Assembly (NCBI RefSeq): GCF_009914755.1
Contig: NC_060925.1
DNA from: the human T2T-CHM13v2.0 reference genome, Homo sapiens
Reading direction: 5' to 3' (one strand)
Length of the DNA: 64,000 bases
Part shown: positions 26,687 through 47,064 of the stretch, in pieces
Layout of the letters: each line of letters begins with the position of its first letter
How positions within the stretch are numbered: position 1 is the stretch's first letter
Position numbers and translations under genes: made by a program
The notes under the pieces: model-generated
Database searches by the model: none
What the model saw: only the letters and a program-made list of their open reading frames with translations
Told to the model about the DNA's origin: nothing

Positions 26687-28016
26687 CTAACTGATTCTTG
26701 CCTCCTCAGTCTCATTCCACTTCATGCCTTCTTTATGATGCTCCAGCCACACAGCTCTTTTTTCTGCTCCTTGAACCCTTTGCATTTCAGGGCCTTTGCA
26801 AATTGCTCTTCCCTCTGCGTGGAAGGCTCTTTGCCCGATTCTTTACTGCCTGGCTCATCTTCACTCTGTAGGTGCCCCTTCAATATCACCTCCCACCAGA
26901 GGCCTTTCATGCCAATCCCATCTAAGATAGCACCGCCTCCACTTTGCTTTGCTACTTACCTTCTCTGCCTATTGTTCTCTAACAATTCTAGCACACCTGT
27001 CTTACTAGACTATAAACCGCACAGAGTCAGGCGACAATGTCTTCTCCACCATTGTGTCCCTACTGTCTAACACAATGTCTGGAATGGAGTAGTTGCTCCA
27101 GAAATGTTGGCTGAGTGAACAAATGACCACATAGGCTAGTGAGTCATCAGCATTTGCATGATGGCAGAAGTCGGCGGAGAGGAGAAGGTGAAACACTGGA
27201 ACCCTTTGGAATGCCTGCACTGAAGGGCCAGTGAGGGGGCTGAGGAGTAGCCCGAGGGGTGGCAACGGTGGCAGTGGTGCTAGCTAGGTGGGATTTCCAA
27301 CTGTAAATCCAACCAGGGAGGCTTTTCAAGATGGCAGTGACTAGAGGGTGTTTGTTGCTGAAGATAAGCTGGTTGAAGGGAGAAGATGGAAGATCCCGGA
27401 GACAGTGAAGTGTCATGTGGCGAAGTTCCCAGGGAATAAGGAGGGGGTGGGACCTGGGGCTCTAGGGGAGGCATTCAGCCAGGACAGAAGAGTGTGTTGC
27501 CTTCCACTGTTCCTCCCAAGGAGGAGAGGAAAGAAACAAAGGATGGGAGGAGGATTCTGGAAAGGGGAGGCAGCTCCTGGTGGATGACCTGTTTTCTGGA
27601 AAAATTGGCTGAGAATGAGGGGTGCTGAAGTGGGCAAAGGGTGCAGATCATATCTTATTTGCCTTTCTGGAGCATTTGATACCATTGCCTGCCTCCTCCA
27701 TGGAATGTTTCCCTTCCTTGGCGTCTGTGAGTTGACTTACATCTCCCCAACTCCATTTCACAAACACTGGTGTCTTCTGGGACCAGGCTCTGTGCTACGT
27801 TGCTGGGGATACAATAGAGACCAAAACAGCCCTGACTTCCACCTTCCTAGAGCTTATGGCCTAGTGGGGAGACAGATATTATTCAATTATTCACACAACT
27901 TCTTTTACCTCTCCAGTTGCCCCTTCTCAGAAATGTCTTTACAAGTTGGTCTTTCTCTATCATCCCTTACACGGTCCTGTTTCTTACTGTTAGGTGCTCT
28001 CTCCCCATGTAATATC

Positions 28017-28650
<634 letters not shown>

Positions 28651-29427
28651 GTATGCTGCTCTCCCTGGGTGGTTTCCTCTAATCGCCTGGCTTTGATTAC
28701 TATCCACGCCAGTGACCCCCACAGGTGCATCCACAGCCCAGCTCCACTCTAGCGAGCTCCAACATGCTCCCTGGATGAACCATGGGCCACCTGAAGTTCA
28801 TGAAGCCCCAGGCTGAACTGAGGGTCTTCCCCTGCCCCTCCTCTTGTGTCCCTGCCTGGTGTATTCAACACCGCAGGCACTTCCTCTGGGCCCTGATGGT
28901 GACACTCAGGCCTTTAGTCTCCAGGCTCTCCTCCAAGCACTCCTCCCTGGTGTATGACATCCCCTCCAGCTACCCTGGCCCTTTGGGTCTTTGCATTAGC
29001 TGTATCTTTATTCCAGGACTCACTTTCTCTGGCTGGAGCCTTTCTCATCCTCCAGGTCTCAGCTCACACATCTCCTCCTCATGGAAGCCACCCTTCCTTA
29101 GTAGGTGCGTCTGTTTCTCTATCGTGGTGCTCTGCTTATTACCATCCCAGAACATATGAAAATCCCAGAACATATGAAAATAAATGAATAAATTCATTTA
29201 TTTGAAGGGTAAGCTCTATGAGGGTAGGGGTCTGGTAGGTCTTGTTTGTGCTTCAGTTCCCAGCATCTTCAGTTCCCAGCATAGGGCAGGTACTCAATTG
29301 GTCCTTCCCATTCACCCAATTGCCCACATCACAAGAGCCTGGGCATAAACCTGTTTCTCTTTTCACTCTACTCCCCCATCCAGCCACATCCTGCTCATAC
29401 CTCATGGGATCCCTAGGCCTATCCTAA

Positions 29428-29725
<298 letters not shown>

Positions 29726-29984
29726 TAGAGACAGGGTTTCTCCATGTTGGTCAGCGTGGTCTCAAACTCCTGACCTCAGGTGATCTGCCTGCCTCAGCCT
29801 CCCAAAGTGCTGGAATTACAGGCGTGAGCCACCGCGCCCAGCCAGCATCTTTCTAAAATGCAAATCCAGGCTGGGCAAAGTGACTCACACCTGTAATCCA
29901 GACACTTTAGGAGGCCAAGGCAGGAGGATCATTTGCAGCCAGGAGTTTGAGACCAGCCTGGGCAACACAGCAAGACCCCTGCCT

Positions 29985-29986
<2 letters not shown>

Positions 29987-30016
<30 letters not shown>
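29987..30016. repeat. (CA)n microsatellite in an Alu linker
   Basis: Read directly from the sequence. Confidence 0.9.
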
Positions 30017-30021
<5 letters not shown>

Positions 30022-33000
30022 TATCTGAGCATGATGGTGCCTGCCTATAGTCCCAGTGAGAGGACTGCATGAGCCCAGGAATTAGAAGCCGTAGTGAGCT
30101 ATGAGCACACCACTGCACTCCAGTCTGGGCAACACAGTGAGACCTTGTCTCTAAATAAGTATGTGTGCGTGTGTGTGCGTGTGTATGTATGTTTATATAC
30201 ATATGTATGTATGCATAAATAAACAAATCTAAATCCAGTCCTGCTCAATTGCTTCAGTAACTCTCCATTGCCTTCAGAGTAAACTTTGTTTTTTTTTTTC
30301 CTTGAGATGGAGTTTCATTCTTTCACCCAGGCTGGAGTGAAGTGGCGTGATCTTGGCTCACTGCAACCTCTGCCCCCGCCCCCCGAGTTCAAGTGATTCT
30401 CCTGCCTCAGGCTCCTGAGTAGCTGGGATTACAGGCGCCCACCACCACGCCAGGGTAATTTTTGTATTTTTATTAGAGATGGGGTTTCGCCATGTTAGTC
30501 AGGCTGGTCTTGAACTCCTGACCTCAGGTGATCCACCCGTCTTGGCCTCCCAAAGTGCTAGGATCGCAGGCATGAGCCATCATGCCAGGCCCAGAGTAAA
30601 CTTTAAATGTCTTAACAAAGGCTTCCAAAACTGTCTTTTCCTTGTCTCTGCTTTCCTCTCCCTCCTTCTCCAATCCATGACTGTGCTTACCACCTTCCAG
30701 CATTGCTCCAGTCTTTTTGAAATCTTCAGCTCAGAAATCGCCTGCTCTAGAAAGCCTTCCTTCCCTTCTTTGGGTGGACGTCCTGGAATTGCTTCCTTTC
30801 CCCACTGCATGGGGGGTGCCAGGTTGTGTCACTCTTGGTCACCATTGCACCCTGGTATCTAGCTCATGGTGGGCACATTGGCGCATCCCCCTTCCCCAAC
30901 TCCTTCATCATATACCTTGTGAACTGGAGGAGTACAGGGCAGTTTTGCAGCAGTCTTAAAAGCGGAGAGATTTTGTTGTTTTGCAGGAGATGGAGGAGCA
31001 ATGGTTTAGAAGCAGCAATGGGGAAGGGCCCTTCCCAGAGGAGGCTGGGAGAGCTGACAGAAGCCCTTAGGGAAGCAATGTCAGAGGGAGTCAAGTCTTC
31101 CTGAAGGTAGAAAGCTTGGGAGTGAGGAAGGCTATGAGGGATAGGTCATGAGGGAAAAAAAGCAGTATGGCCCAGTGGTTAAGGGTGTGGACTTTGGGCC
31201 ATGTAGACTTAGGGGTCATCAATACGTAGGTGATAGAGTGATAGACATCATATAACTTCTGAGCTGGGAGGATCACATGAACCCAGGAATTCACTAGCCT
31301 GGACAACATAGTAAGACCCTATCTCTAAAAAAAAAAAAAAAAAAAAAAAATTCGCCAGGTGTGGTGGCACACACCTGCAGTCCTACCTACTCGGGAGGCT
31401 GAGGTGGGAGGATCATTTGAGCCCAGGAGTTTGAGGCTGCAGTGAACTGTGTTCACACCACTGCACCCCAGTCTGGGTGACAGAGCCAGGCTATATCAAA
31501 AGAAAGAAAGAAAGAGAAAGAGAGAGAGAGAAAGAAAGAAATCATATAACTCAGTTCCTGAAACATGCACAGAGTGGCCTGTCTGTGGATGCTGTTGTTG
31601 CTGCACTGGAGACCACAGGGCCTGACTGGGTGTGACCCAAAGTCCCGACTGTGGTCAGCCTGACTGGCCCAGGGATCTGGGCTCTCACAGGGGCACTGGA
31701 CACACCGTCCTGAATCCTGGAGCTGACACTGAGACAGGAGGATCACAGGAGGATCACAGGAGAACCCACTGAATTGGCCTTGAGTCAGCACAAGGACACA
31801 AAAGAAAGAAGATTTTGGTTTTGGAGGGCAGGGCTTGTGTGGGCACTGGTGGGAAAGCCCAGCTCCCTTCTCCTCCTGAACACCCAAATCTGATCCCCCA
31901 GTGGTTCCTCCCGGATGCCTGCAACAGCCTCCTTCTCCGTCTCCCCTGTAATCCACTCTACACATGGTAGACAGAGTCCTTTTTCAGAAATGTAAGTGAG
32001 ACCATGTCGCCAGCCTCTCACCCAGCTGAAATCCTGCTAGAGGCTTCCCAAGGCTCTTAAGAAAGGAGCTGGCAAAAGTCTTTTCCAAACTGAGGTGATA
32101 AGGTGGACAATTTTAGGTGGATGTGGAAGGACATTTTAAAATTTCACCTGTGAATTAGAAAAATAGAAGTGTTATGTCATTCTTTAATTTCATGAATATT
32201 CTTGCTTAGGAGGATATAAAGGGAGCCAATTTAAAGAAAAATATTAAAGAAATGATAGTACAAGAGGAGCCACCATCGATGGTACTAGAACAAGGCTCAG
32301 GAAATTAGACCTCTCTTCAGTTTCATCGGGGGCTGTCTGTCCCTCCCTCCCTGGCTCTAGCTACACTGGTCTTGCAGGTCCTTGAAGATGTCACATGCTC
32401 ATCTGCCAGGAACGTTCTGGAATGCTCTTCCCAATCTCACCCTTGCACTATATTCCCATCTTTTGCTAAAATAATGGCCCTCAGATCGTGGCTCCAGTGT
32501 CCCTCCCTGGGAGTCTCGTGATCAGGGGACCCTGCCGTCGTTATCTCATGGTCCTTCTACTTTTTCTTCATAGCACTTACTGCCATTTGTGATGATCTCT
32601 TGTGTGTCTGTGATTACATCTATGCCCCCTCTAGAATGTAAGCTTCTCAAAGCTGGACTGTGTCTTGCTCACCCTCTATGCTCAGGGCCCAGCCGGGCCA
32701 GGCACGTGCTAAGCACTCATCTGAATGCAGCATGTGCGAACAGATGCATGCACCCAGTTACTCACCCTGGTGGCTCCTGCCTCAGTCCCTGGCATGTTGA
32801 CACCACTCAGATTGTGGCTGCCCCTGTGGAGTTAGGAATTGCCTCGGCATCAGCCTTCGAACAAGGGGCTCCACGCTGTCATTTTGCACCTGGCCTCACA
32901 AATGATGTAGCTGATCCTGAGCAGAAGATTGAGGAAGGTGGAAAGTAAGGACACTGGGGTGGATGACCCCTTTCAGAGCACGCAGAGAAGGCAGGAGACA

Positions 33001-33689
33001 TGGGGTCAGGACAGTCTCTCCCAGCTTGGACCTTGTGCTGGCTTTTCTTTGAGGAGTCATGGAGATTAGATCTAGGACCTCTTCCTGGGCAGGGGAAGGG
33101 TCCCAGAAGAGCCATGCGGGTGGGGTCAGAGTTTCTGCCTTGGGTCTCAAAGGGCCTCAAGCCTGCGCCCCCTAGCCATGGCTTGGCCTCTTCCTCCTGG
33201 CCTCTCCCCACACTTCAATGTTTGCTTATCCTGGACCCCACAACCCCCTTATGCTATAGGAAGGCATAGGTCCAGAGTATGCATTGTTTTAGTTTAAACA
33301 TTTAAAATATAGAAAGCTCAGAGGTGAACTTAACTAACGCCCATGTGCTTACCACTCAGAATAAGCAACTGTTAACATTTTTGCTTCAGATTTTTTTTTA
33401 TATAAAACAAATAGAGCATCATAGACAGAGCTGAAGTTCCCTTTGTTCCTCTGCCCAGTCCAATTCCTCCCCTCCTTTCAATCCCAGGAGCAGTTGTTAC
33501 TACTAATCTGATGTGTTTCCTTCCAATCTATTTCGATGAGCAAAACAGAATGTGTGTTAATGGAAGCATTATTCCTCACAGCCAAAAAAAAAAAAAAATG
33601 GAAACAATCCAAACGTCCATCAACTGATAAATGGATAAACAAAATGTGGCCTATCCATATAATGAAATATTATTAAGCAATAAAAATAA

Positions 33690-34031
<342 letters not shown>

Positions 34032-34032
34032 T

Positions 34033-35595
<1,563 letters not shown>

Positions 35596-36156
35596 ACTTA
35601 GCATAATGTTCTTGAGGTTCATCCATGTTGCAGCATGTGACTGGATTTCCTTTCTTTTTCAAGGTCGTATAATATTCCCCTATGTGAATAAACCACATTT
35701 TCTTTATTGTTGCATCATCAATGGCCATTTTTGGGTTGCTTCTACCTCTTGGCTATTGTGAATAATGTTGTAATGAATGTGGGTGTGCAACTATCTCTTT
35801 GAGATCCTGCTTTATTTCGGACAAAAACTAAGAAATGATATTTGCTGGATCATATGGTCATTCTATTTTTAATTTTTTGAGGAACCTCCATACCGTTTTC
35901 CATAGTGGCTGCACCATTTCCCATTCCCACCAACCCAATGTTCAGAGAATTGGAACCCAGGGCATAAGGGTTCCAATTGCTCTGCATCTTCATTAAGAGT
36001 TCTTATTTCCTGTTCTTGTGATAGTGGCCATTTTAATGGGTGTGAAGTGATTTTATTTATTTGGATAATTTTTACACCTGATCTTAGCCCAAAGGCCAAG
36101 AAGTTATATCATTTTAATAATTTTACAAACTGTAATTTAAAAATATTTGTCTGTAG

Positions 36157-36531
<375 letters not shown>

Positions 36532-36682
36532 TAATTGGCATTGTTTTTCCTTTATTTCTAGTTTTTTTTTTCTTTTCTTTTCCCTTCCTTCTTCCTTTCT
36601 TCCTTCTTTCCCTTCCCTCCCTTTTGGTCCTTTCTTGCCTAGTCGTGGACCTTTATTGATTTTTATTATTATTATTTTTTAG

Positions 36683-36865
<183 letters not shown>

Positions 36866-37537
36866 TAGCCAGGCTGGTCTCGAACTCCTGACCTCGTGAT
36901 CCGCCTGCCTCGGCCACCCAAAGTGCTGGGATTACAAGCATGAGCCACGGCGTCTGGCCCGACCTTTTTATATCCACGTGGGTCTGGAATCGGTTTGTCT
37001 AGTTCCATGAAAAACGCTGGTAAGTTTGTTTTGTTGGAATAGCTTTGGAATTACAGATTTACTTATAGGTTAACTGCCACATTACTATATTGAATATTTA
37101 TATCCATGAACAAATTAAATATTTCCATTTATTTAGATTTTTCTTAATTTTTTAGAGAAGTTTTGGGTTCACAGCAAATCTGAGTTTCCACACATCCTTT
37201 GCCTCCCCGCCAACCAACACACAGCCTCCCCAATATCCATATCCCCTATTTCCCACATCAAAGCGGTGCATTCCTGACCAGAGTGAAGCATTTGTTGCAA
37301 TTGATGGACCTGCAATGACACATCGTCATCCAAAGTTTATGGTTTACATTAGGTTTCACTCTTTGTGTTGTACATTTTATGGGTTTTGACAAATGTAAAT
37401 GACATGTATCCACCATTATAATATAACACAGAATGATTTCACTGCCCTAAAAACCTGTGCTCTGGGCCAGGCGTCGTGGCTTACGCCTGTAATCCCAGCA
37501 CTTTGGGAGGCCGAAGAGGATGGATCACCTGAAGTCA

Positions 37538-37952
37538 TGTGTCCAGAGTTGGTTCTTGATGGTGGGTTCGTGGTATCGCTGACTTCAGCAATGGAGCTGC
37601 AGACCTTCATGGGGTGTATTACAGCTCTTAAAGATGGCACAGACCTGGCCGGGAGCAGTGGCTCACGCCTGTAATCCTAGCACTTTGGGAGGCCGAGGCG
37701 GGCGGATCACGAGGTCAGGAGATGCAGACCATCCTGGCTAACACAGTGAAACCCCCTCTCTACTAAAAATACAAAAAAATTAGCAGGGTGTGGTGGCCGG
37801 CACCTGCAGTCCCAGCTACTCAGGAGGCTGAGGCAGAATGCTGTGAACCCGGGAGGCGGAGCTTGCAGTGAGCCGAGATGGCGCACTGCACTCCAGCCTG
37901 GGTGACAAGAGAAAGACTCAGTCTCAAAAAAAATAAAAATAAAAATAAAAAA

Positions 37953-38023
<71 letters not shown>

Positions 38024-38426
38024 CGGACCCAGTGAGTGAGCTGTAGCAAGCTTCATTGGGAAAAGCAAAAGGACAAACCTTCCACACCACGGAAGTGGAC
38101 ACCAGCAAGGTGCTGTGGCCGGCTGGGGTGGCCAGCTTTTATTCCCTTATCTGTCCCCGCTCATGTTCCATTTCTGTCCTATCAGAATGCCCTTTTTTCA
38201 ATCCTCCCTGCGATTGGCTACTTTTAGGATCCTGCTGATTGGTGCATTTTACAGAGCGCTGATTGGTGCATTTTACAATCCCCTTGCTAGTTACAGAGTA
38301 CTGATTGGTGCGTTTTACAATCCTAGCTGCGAGTGTTGATTGGTGGGTTTTACAATCCTCTTGTAAGACAGAAAAGTTCTCCAAGTCCCCACTCCACCCA
38401 GGAAGTCCAGCTGGCTTCACCTCTCA
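37538..38426 (-). mobile_element. LTR12F-like (ERV9) solo LTR, interrupted by an AluY and inserted in an older Alu
   Basis: Minus strand TGAGAGGTGAAGCCAGCTGGACTTCC ... CTGGACACA; CCAAT repeats; TSD AGTCA at 37533-37537 and 38427-38431. Confidence 0.88.
37947..38018. repeat. A24-(TA)24 microsatellite in an AluY tail
   Basis: Read directly from the sequence. Confidence 0.95.
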
Positions 38427-38775
38427 AGTCAGGAGTTTGAGAACAGCCTGGCCTACATGGCAAAACCCTGTCTCTACTAAAAATGTAAACATTAGCCAGG
38501 CGTGCTGGCACATGCCTGTAGTCCCAGCTACTCAGAAGGTTGAGGCAGGAGAATGGCTTGAACCTGGGAGGCAGAGGTTACAGTGAGAGGAGATCATGCC
38601 ATTGCAAAACAAACAAACAAACAAACAAACAAAAAAGTACAACAACAAAAAAATGTGTGCTCTGCCTATTCATCCCTCCCTTCCCCTTAACCCATGACCA
38701 CAACAGTCCTTTTTACTGTCTCCATAGTTTTGCCTTTTCCAGAATGTCAATTAGTTGGAATCATGCAGTACATAG

Positions 38776-39156
<381 letters not shown>

Positions 39157-39544
39157 TGATTTATTTTTAGAGTTGAATTAATATTCAATTGTATGGATGT
39201 ACCACAGTTTCTCCATTTACCTACTAAAGGACATCTTAGTTGCTTCTAAGTTTTGACAATTATGAATAAAACTGCTATAATCATCCATGCACAGGTTTTC
39301 TGGGCGGATATGTTTTTAACTCATTTGGTTAAATATTAAAAAGCATGACTGCTGTGTTGTATGGTAAGAGTATGTTTAGTTTTGTATTCCTTTACATTTA
39401 AAAATGTTTCATAGTTTTCTGAGAAAACATCTAGCCATCTTTTGTTATATGTATATTTTGTATATTGATCAATGCAGATCAATATGTTACATGTATATTC
39501 CTAGGTGCCTTATAATTTTTGTTGCTATTGGAAATGCATTATAA

Positions 39545-39980
<436 letters not shown>

Positions 39981-40159
39981 TGAGTAGCTGGGATTACAGG
40001 CAAGCACCACCACACCTGGCTAATTTTTCTATTTTTAGCAGAGACAGGGTTTCTCTATGTTGGCCAGGGTGGTCTCAAACTCCTGACCTCGGTGATCCAC
40101 CCACCTCAGCCTCCCAAAGTGTTGGGATTACAGGTGTGAGCCTCCAAGCCCAGCCACAT

Positions 40160-40634
40160 TGAGAGGTGAAGCCACCTGGACTTCTGGGTTGGGTGGGGAC
40201 TTGGAGAACTTTTCTGTCTTACAAGAAAATTGTAAAATGCACCAACTGGCACTCTGTAGCTAGGATTGAAAAATGCACCAATCAGCGCTCTGTGGCTAGC
40301 TAGAGGTTTGTAAAATGCGCCAATCAGCACACTGTAAAATGGACCAATCAGTGCTCTGTAAAATGAACCCATCAGCAGGACATGGGTGGGGACAAATAAG
40401 GGAATAAAAGCTGGCCACCCCCCCCCACCCCAGCCAGCCACCACAACCGGCTTGGGTCCCCTTCCAAGCTGTGGAAGCTTTGTTCTTTCACTTTTCATAA
40501 TAAAACTCGCTGGTGCTTACTCTTTGGGCCCGTGCCATCTTTAAGAGCTGTAACACTCACCGGGAAGGTCCACAGCTTCATTCTTGAAGTCAGTGAGACC
40601 AAGAACCCACCAGAAGGAACCGACTCTGGACACA
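40160..40634 (+). mobile_element. LTR12F-like (ERV9) solo LTR
   Basis: TGAGAGGTGAAGCCACCTGGAC ... CTCTGGACACA; CCAATCAG repeats, GGAATAAAAG TATA-like box; flanks ACAT/ATAT (imperfect TSD). Confidence 0.88.
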
Positions 40635-41362
40635 ATATGTTCTTATTTGTTGTTACTCCAATAAGCAATTAACAAGAGTGCTGTCAGAATGTGTGGGATG
40701 ATCTTGTATTCAACTAACCTGTCAAATACTCTTATCAATTCTAATGCTCTGCATGTAGATTTTTATTTTCCAAATAGAAAATGAATCATGCATATAAGAA
40801 TGGTGTTACCTCTTCCTACTTCCTAAGCCTCTGATTTCTATTATATTTATTACATTAGCTAGAAATGCCCATCAAATTTTGAATAAAGGGCATTCATATT
40901 TTTAACTTTTATGGGAATGCTAGAGTTTCACCGTTGAATTTGATGTTTAGGAATTTGGCAAATATCCTTTATAGGGTTAAGGTATTATCCTACTAATCCT
41001 AATTTGCTAAGATTTGAAAAATGAATGAATTCATCAAATGATTATTTATTTAAGTGATTATATACTTTTTATCTTTTAATGTATTAAGGTTCAGAACAGG
41101 AATTCTTTCCCTGTTGTTAACCTATCCTTGCATTTTTGGCTAAACTCTACTACATATTTGCTTCTAATTTAGATGTCATATGGATTCTGTTTTATTATTT
41201 AGGATGTTTGTATCTATAACCGTAACTAAGCTTGTTCTAAAATGTTCTTACCTTTAATTGCCCTGTCGTGGGCTGATGACAAGGGCATACTAGTATTACA
41301 AAACAAGTTAGGCAGTTTTCCCTTCTTTTCCACCCAGTAAAAACAGTTTGTATAAAACAGAA

Positions 41363-42439
<1,077 letters not shown>

Positions 42440-42769
42440 TAGTGAGAATATATTCTTTGAAGGTCTGGACAACTGAGCTGTGAGTCCCAACAAGCCTGTT
42501 ATCCTTTGCTCATTTGTTTGGGTGTGGAAGTGTGGGTGACGTATTTTTCATCAGGGTAATTCCCCTGGAGCCATTCTCTCCTACAAGGGCCTACATGGGA
42601 TGATCCTCCCTGGCTCCTTTGGAGAAACCCTGATCTTAGTCCTTGAAGACTAACAGCATCCAGGAGACTAAAAAACGATGGGCTGTTTTATCTGTAGAAA
42701 CTACTAGCCTTTGGGCGACACCATTTGGGGAGTTTGTATTTATCATAGCAGTTATGCCGTTATTCCAAC

Positions 42770-42788
42770 TGACCACTAGAGGGCAGTA
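42770..42788 (+). promoter_or_regulatory. CTCF motif (forward)
   Basis: TGACCACTAGAGGGCAGTA, near-consensus. Confidence 0.7.
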
Positions 42789-42867
42789 ATGGCTTATAAA
42801 ACCGGATCCAGTGTGACAAAAGGGCTTTAAAGAAGCTAACGTATGGTGGATTAAAAGGTAGATTTTT

Positions 42868-45135
<2,268 letters not shown>

Positions 45136-45608
45136 AAGTGTTTAGAACAGCGTATGGTCCTTAATAAGTACTTAAATTCAAGCTATTATTAACTCAACCA
45201 GTATTTCTTAAGCAACTACCCTGTTCTAGTACCACTGTTCTAGGTACTGGGGTAGCAATCATACTCGTACAGAGCTTACCTGTTGGAGCTTATATTCTAG
45301 AAAGGGAGATGGACAACAAAATAAGAAAAGTTTGTATTTTTTTCCCCATGAATATGAACGAATATGGCCAAAAATAGAGCATGGAAGAGGACTGGGAGTG
45401 CTGGTGGAGGAAGGCTTGCTACCTAAATGGGGCTGTCAGAGGCAGCTGCTCTGAGGCGACATCCAGAAAAATCCAAAGGAGGTGAGGCAGCCAGCTAGGA
45501 GGCTAAGACTCATGCGCATGCGTAGGAGCAGAATATTGCGCAAAGAGGAGTGAGGATAAGGGCTGGAGGCTGGACCACACCGGCCTTCAAGAAAGGGGAA
45601 AGGGACCA

Positions 45609-45998
45609 TGTGATGCTAATTTTATGTCGTCTTGGCTAGGCTGTGGTGCCCATGGTTTGGACAAACAAGTCTAGCTGTTGCTACGAAGGCAAACTTTGGA
45701 ATGTGATTAACATTTAATTAGTAGACTTTGAGTAAAGCAGATGACCCTCTATATGGTGGGCGGGCCACTCGGTTGAAGACCTTAAGAATAATGACTACGG
45801 TCTCCCGAGGAAGGAGGATTTCTGCCTCCAGACCGCAACATCGAAATTCGACTTGAGTTTCCAGCGTTCGCGCTTGAAAATGCAACATCAACTCTTCCTG
45901 AATTTCCAGGCTGCCAACCTGCCTGCCCTGTGGATTTCAGAGTTGCCTGTCACCTGAACATCAAATGAGCCAGTTCCTTAAAATAAATCTCTCTTCTC
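45609..45998 (+). mobile_element. MLT2 (ERVL) LTR
   Basis: TGTGATGCTAATTTTATG...GACTTTGAGTAAAGCAGATGACCCTC...GAGCCAGTTCCTTAAAATAAATCTCTC. Confidence 0.75.
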
Positions 45999-46019
45999 AG
46001 GAATGCTCTAATACTGGCC

Positions 46020-46860
46020 ACGGTCGCAGAAGGGAGGGAAGAATGGGGCGAGGACGATGAAACAGGGCCAGCGGTGAAGTGAGGTGGGGAGCCGATGGTG
46101 AGCCTGGAGCCACTGGGAGGGCGCCGGCCTTTGCACTGGTTGGGAGTCCCTGGAGGGCTCAGAGCAGAAGGGAGACTCGGTGGCCTGCAGTGTTCAAAGC
46201 GCCCTCTGGCGGCCGGGAGGAGCGGGGGCTGCAGGGACCCGGGTGATGGGAGGGAGCCTCCGGAGGAGGCGCAGGGGCGAGGGGACCTGGTGCGGGCTTG
46301 GACCTCGGCCGTGGCGCCCACGGTGAGACACGGACACTTTCTGATGTATCCTGAAGATGGAGCGGAGAGGATGTGCGGGCACTCTGGGTGCGGGCTGTGA
46401 GAGAAGAGGTGTCAGGGTCAACTCCAGGGCTTTCGGGCTGAGTAGCTGGAAGAACAGAGTTGCCATTTCCCGAGAGCAGGAAGATTTGGGGAGGAGTCTG
46501 TCCCGGAGCCGGCCGCGGGGGCAGGAGCTGGGCTTTGGACGTGTTCGTTCTGGACGCCTCTGGGCCTTGGCTGCTGATGTCCAAGCCTGCACCCTCAGGG
46601 GCCTGGGTTGCAGATGTGAATTTGGCGGCTCTGAGCCGGGCCTCGTCCCGACCACACAGGGAGGACAGCAGAGCCTGCGCGGGACCGGGGCCTGTGCTCC
46701 TCCCTCTGCTCCTGCAGCGCGGGCCTTGTCCTCAGAATTTCTCCCAGCCGCCCTGCGCCTCCCCAGGCGGGGTCTCCCACCAGGAGCACCGTCCTGGGGC
46801 CGAGGCAGCGGGGGTGACACTGACTCCTGCCCCCGTTCAGTGCATGGGGCCAGGCCCTTC
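46020..46860. promoter_or_regulatory. Orphan CpG island (intergenic)
   Basis: GC-rich unique sequence with many CpGs, not attached to a recognisable coding exon. Confidence 0.7.
46198..46216 (-). promoter_or_regulatory. CTCF motif (reverse)
   Basis: Minus strand CCGGCCGCCAGAGGGCGCT, near-consensus, inside the CpG island. Confidence 0.7.
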
Positions 46861-47064
46861 AGGTCAGTGACTCACAGACAACAGGAACAAGCTTAGAAAT
46901 CTTCAAACCCAGTCACCCATTAACTGGGTCCTGAGTGAGGCCCAGCAGACAGGCCTCAGTTTCTCACCAGAGCTGGCACCAGTTGGTCCAGGGAAGGCAA
47001 GTGGGTCTTGTCTCCTATGCCTCCCTTGATGAGTTAGGTTTAGCTTTGGGCAGGGATGTCTTAC

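Noticed and set aside
45950-46896. Overlapping 100-208 aa ORFs in the orphan CpG island
   Set aside because: Long ORFs on both strands are expected from GC richness; low-complexity, with no recognisable domain or exon structure
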